64,000 bases of DNA from contig OZ242010.1 in the NCBI GenBank assembly GCA_965204745.1, positions 4,992,001 to 5,056,000 of the forward strand, written 5' to 3'. This DNA is from Candidatus Latescibacterota bacterium (lineage in GTDB: Bacteria; Latescibacterota; UBA2968). This document shows, in pieces, positions 59,812 through 64,000 of this stretch; positions within the stretch are counted from its first letter, which is position 1; every line of letters begins with the position of its first letter. The notes beneath the pieces are model-generated. The model worked only from the letters and a program-made list of their open reading frames with translations, had not been told where the DNA came from and ran no database searches. The translations under genes and the position numbers were made by a program.

Positions 59812-61572
59812 CTACGCCCCACGGTCGTCCACCGCCTCGTACGCCACCATTTCCCAGCCGTGAAACACTATCGCCAAGCCGACGTGCCGCACCGAAGGGT
59901 AGCGACGTTGCAAGGACTGATCCGCCAAGTACCCGCGCAACTGATGCACGGCCTCCCGCATCTTTGCCGCAACTGTGGATTCGCTCAGGGACTCGGATCG
60001 CTTCAGATACTTCAGTTCAAGAACATAGCCCCAACGCATGTCGGGGTAGTGCGCGACGAACGGCTCCAAGTAGATATCCGCGTAACCTCGGTTCAGTTCG
60101 TGCTCCGAGTGGAGCAGAAAATACTGGTACAAACTGAAGTAAGCCGCGACAAACCCGTGAACCACCTTCTCGCCATCCATGTAGTCGCGGATGCCGGTCT
60201 GCTCGGCCAAGGCGTCACTCAGGAAATCCAAGGCCGGTTGCCAAGCCCCTCGGAAGGCCATCTCGTGGATCAGGCGGGAAAACGCGTACGCGCTGACGGA
60301 AAACACCCCCACATCGTAGTACGCGTCTCGCAAGTAGCTATACATCAGCCGCTTGACCGTCTGGTTGGGAATGCCCAGCCGGGGCGTCCCTTCCAGCACA
60401 TCCCGAATGCTGAGCAAGCCGAAGTAGTACAATAGGGAGAGAAAATTCTCGGGCTGATCCAAGTGCTCTAAGGGAAAACTCATTGCGATATTGCTGGACG
60501 CCACGCCCTCGCCGATAATGTTTCGCAACAAATCGAAGTTCCCATTGAGTTGCCGGTTGACCACCAATAAGTGGCGCAACTTGCCGTAGTCAATCCGGAC
60601 ATTGGTATCGATCAATTCGTCTGGCATGGGCTTGTTCGGCAGGGCGTGATCCAAAAAATAGAGCACCATATCCGTGTTGTAGAGATCGCCCTCGGCACCC
60701 TTGGCGAACCGATAGCCATTGTACCATTCCCGCATGACGGCCAGCGCGGCGTCTATGTCCTGATTGAACGCGCCACACGCACGGTACATCTCCAACAGAT
60801 CTCGCACCTCAGACTCGGTAAAGCCGAGCATCTCGTTGAACGCGAGGTCCAAACTGATATTCTTGCCGATGTTGAACCCGCTGGTGACATCGTCCATCGT
60901 GATCGGCGATACCCCCGTGATGAACAATCTCTCCAAACCGCCTCCGCTACGTCCTGTCCCGGCCTTGAGCGTGGCGAAGAAATTGCGGTAAAAGCCCCCG
61001 CCGTGCGTGAAGGATTGATACGCCTCGGCACCGCGATAGGCCAGCACGGTATTGGCGAAATTGTCGTATTCGTCAATGAGCGCGTACAACGGGATGCCGT
61101 GATCGCCGACATACGCGAACAGCGCAGAGAGCTTCCCGTTGATGGAGGCCGGCGCGAGGATGCGTTGGATCACCGCTTGGGGAAACAGATCGCGATTCCG
61201 TTCCAGCGCGTGGTAGAGTTCCAAGGTGCAATACTCTTCAAAGTTTTGTTCCAAGGTCTCCAACGCGTCGTTGAACGTCGAAAAGTCAAAGCGCAAGATG
61301 ACGTAGCGGTGGCGGTTCTCCGTCGGATGCCGACCGATATCTGTGCCGTCGAAGATGGCCTCAAATTCATCGGCCCTTGTGCGGTCATAATAGTTCTCCA
61401 ACACGGACACCCAGCACGACTTGCCGAAGCGACGCGGGCGAATCAGAAAGGCATAGCGTTCCGCTTCCAACGCATGGAGAAAGCGCGTCTTGTCAACATA
61501 GAGTCGCTTTTCCAAGCGGATGGCTCTAAAATCCGCCCATCCGTAGGGAATGCGGGGATAGGATAGGGACAT
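59812..61572 (-). CDS. AAA-ATPase-like + PD-(D/E)XK nuclease protein, copy 3
   Basis: Same motifs; start codon 1878 bp from that of copy 2. Confidence 0.9.
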   Translation of the reverse strand: MSLSYPRIPYGWADFRAIRLEKRLYVDKTRFLHALEAERYAFLIRPRRFGKSCWVSVLENYYDRTRADEFEAIFDGTDIGRHPTENRHRYVILRFDFSTFNDALETLEQNFEEYCTLELYHALERNRDLFPQAVIQRILAPASINGKLSALFAYVGDHGIPLYALIDEYDNFANTVLAYRGAEAYQSFTHGGGFYRNFFATLKAGTGRSGGGLERLFITGVSPITMDDVTSGFNIGKNISLDLAFNEMLGFTESEVRDLLEMYRACGAFNQDIDAALAVMREWYNGYRFAKGAEGDLYNTDMVLYFLDHALPNKPMPDELIDTNVRIDYGKLRHLLVVNRQLNGNFDLLRNIIGEGVASSNIAMSFPLEHLDQPENFLSLLYYFGLLSIRDVLEGTPRLGIPNQTVKRLMYSYLRDAYYDVGVFSVSAYAFSRLIHEMAFRGAWQPALDFLSDALAEQTGIRDYMDGEKVVHGFVAAYFSLYQYFLLHSEHELNRGYADIYLEPFVAHYPDMRWGYVLELKYLKRSESLSESTVAAKMREAVHQLRGYLADQSLQRRYPSVRHVGLAIVFHGWEMVAYEAVDDRGA

Positions 61573-61617
61573 GGCGACCTCCAAAATTTGCACAATATCC
61601 ACAACGACCTTCCTTTG

Positions 61618-62508
61618 CTATGGGGATTCTCTTGCTGGCAGGGGGAGTGCGCGGATGATGGGCCGCATGTGGGTGGATTTGTTGAGCACGTAAAAGTGGA
61701 TGCCCGGCGCGCCTTGCTCGAGCAATTCGGTTGCTTGGGCAATGCACTGATCGATGCCGATTTGCACGGCGTCTTCTTCGGTGGCGCGGTTGAGTTGATC
61801 CTGCAAGGGCGTGGGAATCTCTGCGCCGCACAGGGACGCGATGCGCTGAATCTGCCCTGCGGCGAGAATGGGCATCAACCCCGGCACGATGGGCGCGTCG
61901 ATCCCGGCAGCGCGCACGCGATCCACAAACCGAAAAAAGTGATCGTTGTTGTAAAACAGTTGCGTAATGACAATGTCGCCACCGGATTCGACTTTGCGCT
62001 TGAGGTTTGCGATATCCGTCTCAAAATCCGGGGCTTCGAGGTGTTTTTCCGGATACCCCGCAACAGCGAGGCCAAACGCATCGTCTTTGGGTTCAATGTT
62101 GCGAATGTGCGCCACGAGTTCATTGCCGTGTGCAAACCCGTCTTGGGGAGGCACAAACACATCCTCGCCACGCGGCGGGTCTCCGCGAAGCGCGACGATA
62201 TTGCGGATGCCCGTTGCGCGAATGGCTTTCAAAATCCCGTCAATATCCCTCCGCGACGACCCCACGCAGGTGAGATGACACGCCGCGGTCAGCCCAAATT
62301 CGTTCTGAATCAGCGAGGCAATTTCCAGGGTCTTGGCGCGGGTCGATCCGCCCGCACCGTACGTCACGGTCATGTAACTCGGCTTGAGTTTGTGCAAATT
62401 GGGCACGACCCGCGTCTTGAGGGCGCGCATCCCGCTCTGGGTCTGGGGCGGATAGAGTTCAAAGGAGAGAACGGGTTTGTCGCTGTTGAAGTAGTCTAAA
62501 AATCGCAT
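61618..62508 (-). CDS. metF: 5,10-methylenetetrahydrofolate reductase
   Basis: SFE.YPP, VTYGAGG, HLTC, LRGDPP, YPEKH, ITQLF and HFY.LN. Confidence 0.96.
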   Translation of the reverse strand: MRFLDYFNSDKPVLSFELYPPQTQSGMRALKTRVVPNLHKLKPSYMTVTYGAGGSTRAKTLEIASLIQNEFGLTAACHLTCVGSSRRDIDGILKAIRATGIRNIVALRGDPPRGEDVFVPPQDGFAHGNELVAHIRNIEPKDDAFGLAVAGYPEKHLEAPDFETDIANLKRKVESGGDIVITQLFYNNDHFFRFVDRVRAAGIDAPIVPGLMPILAAGQIQRIASLCGAEIPTPLQDQLNRATEEDAVQIGIDQCIAQATELLEQGAPGIHFYVLNKSTHMRPIIRALPLPARESP

Positions 62509-62585
62509 GGAAAAAGGGAATGGAGATTGGAGACTGGGGCGGGCAGGGACTGACCACTGACCACTGACCACTGACCGCTTCATCC

Positions 62586-64000
62586 TCAATACCGATACAA
62601 CGCTGGCTTATACGGCCCTTCGACGGACACGCCGATGTACTCGGCCTGTTCTTTGGTGAGCGCGGTCAACTTGACGCCGAGTTTTGCGAGGTGGAGGCGT
62701 GCGACTTCTTCGTCGAGGTGTTTGGGCAGGGTGTACACGCCGACAGAGGGTTCTGTTGCCCACAAGTGCATTTGGGCCAAAACCTGATTGGTAAAGGAAT
62801 TGGACATCACAAAGGACGGGTGCCCGGTTGCACAGCCGAGGTTGACCAGTCGGCCTTCGGCGAGCAAAAAGATGGCGTGCCCGTCTGGGAACGTGTACTT
62901 ATCCACCTGCGGCTTGATGTTCTCGCGCACAATGCCGGGGTATGCGTTGAGCGCGTGAACCTGAATCTCATTGTCAAAATGCCCGATGTTGCAAACGATG
63001 GCTTGGTCGCGCATGTTCGCCAGGTGTTCGATGCGGATAATGTCCGTATTGCCGGTCGTGGTGACAAAGATATTGGCTTCGGGCAGGGCGTCTTCCACAG
63101 TCGTCACCTCAAACCCTTCCATCGCGGCTTGCAACGCGCAGATCGGATCGATTTCCGTGATGAGCACGCGCGCGCCAAACCCGCGCATGGACTGGGCACA
63201 CCCCTTGCCCACATCGCCGTACCCGCAGATGCACACCACCTTGCCGGCCACCATCACATCCGTGGCGCGCTTGATCCCATCCGCGAGCGATTCGCGGCAG
63301 CCGTAGAGGTTGTCGAATTTCGCTTTGGTGATCGAATCGTTGACATTGATCGCCGGAAAGAGAAGCGCGCCCTCGCCGTGCATCTGATAGAGGCGGTGAA
63401 CGCCGGTTGTGGTCTCTTCCGAGACGCCTTGAATATCGGCGACCATGTCGTGCCAAAAGCGCGGATGGCGTTCGAGTTGCCGCCTGAGCACGGCATTGAC
63501 GATCTCGAGTTCTCTGTTCTCCGTGGGTTCGTCTAAAATGGCTGGATCGCCTTCGGCCCGATACCCCCTGTGAACCAACAAAGTCGCATCGCCCCCGTCA
63601 TCCACGATCAGGCTTGGGCCGCCCGCTGGAAAATTCAGGGCTTGCAACGTGCATTCCCAATACTCCTCCAGCGATTCGCCCTTCCAAGCATAGACGGCCG
63701 TGCCGGCCTCGGCTATGGCGGCGGCGGCGTGGTCTTGCGTGGAAAAAATATTGCACGATGCCCAGCGCACATCCGCGCCGAGTGCTTGGAGCGACTCGAT
63801 CAGCACCGCGGTTTGAATCGTCATGTGAAGCGATCCGGTGATGCGCGCGCCGCGCAAGGGTTGCTGGTCCGCGTACTTTTCGCGCACCGCCATCAGGCCG
63901 GGCATTTCGCGCTCGGCTATGGCGATTTCCTTGCGCCCAAAATCCGCCAGCGTCTCATCGGCCACTTTGTGGGGCAAGTGCGAATAATCGGGAAGTTGAA
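62586..64000 (-). CDS. ahcY: S-adenosylhomocysteine hydrolase (5' end probably beyond the window)
   Basis: [38 protein letters not shown] and GHPSFVMS; the frame stays open to the window edge. Confidence 0.97.
   Translation of the reverse strand, partial: QLPDYSHLPHKVADETLADFGRKEIAIAEREMPGLMAVREKYADQQPLRGARITGSLHMTIQTAVLIESLQALGADVRWASCNIFSTQDHAAAAIAEAGTAVYAWKGESLEEYWECTLQALNFPAGGPSLIVDDGGDATLLVHRGYRAEGDPAILDEPTENRELEIVNAVLRRQLERHPRFWHDMVADIQGVSEETTTGVHRLYQMHGEGALLFPAINVNDSITKAKFDNLYGCRESLADGIKRATDVMVAGKVVCICGYGDVGKGCAQSMRGFGARVLITEIDPICALQAAMEGFEVTTVEDALPEANIFVTTTGNTDIIRIEHLANMRDQAIVCNIGHFDNEIQVHALNAYPGIVRENIKPQVDKYTFPDGHAIFLLAEGRLVNLGCATGHPSFVMSNSFTNQVLAQMHLWATEPSVGVYTLPKHLDEEVARLHLAKLGVKLTALTKEQAEYIGVSVEGPYKPALYRY

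Overview
GC-rich bacterial chromosome segment. The dockerin-like-tailed Calx-beta/LRR surface proteins, DUF6785-type membrane proteins and dense intergenic repeats suggest a Latescibacterota/Poribacteria-like, possibly sponge-associated, organism; this is inference only. Core genes include a lolC/E-like permease, dnaE, zapA, nadD, bamD, metH, nrdR, gmd, xth, metF and ahcY. Five accessory blocks interrupt them. (1) A giant Calx-beta/FN3/Ig surface-protein gene broken by an IS982, a TA-targeting MITE and two frameshifts; it carries two copies of an unrecognised two-Cys domain that differ almost only at amino-acid-changing sites. (2) A defence island (about 16.8-24.6 kb) with HicAB, UPF0175 plus a truncated PIN toxin, an Ec67-like RT-TOPRIM retron with an identifiable msr/msd, a DUF3644 gene and a frameshifted fused R-M gene; the first 4.7 kb lie between two copies of a 50-bp promoter. 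(3) An IS110 inserted in a heptamer-repeat array, with bridge-RNA guide segments readable in its non-coding end. (4) An internalin-like LRR gene bracketed by REP-like arrays. (5) Three tandem, mosaic AAA-ATPase/PD-(D/E)XK genes between metF and xth, joined by a transposon-end-like linker. No rRNA, tRNA or CRISPR array was seen. Family names come from motif recognition, not database searches.
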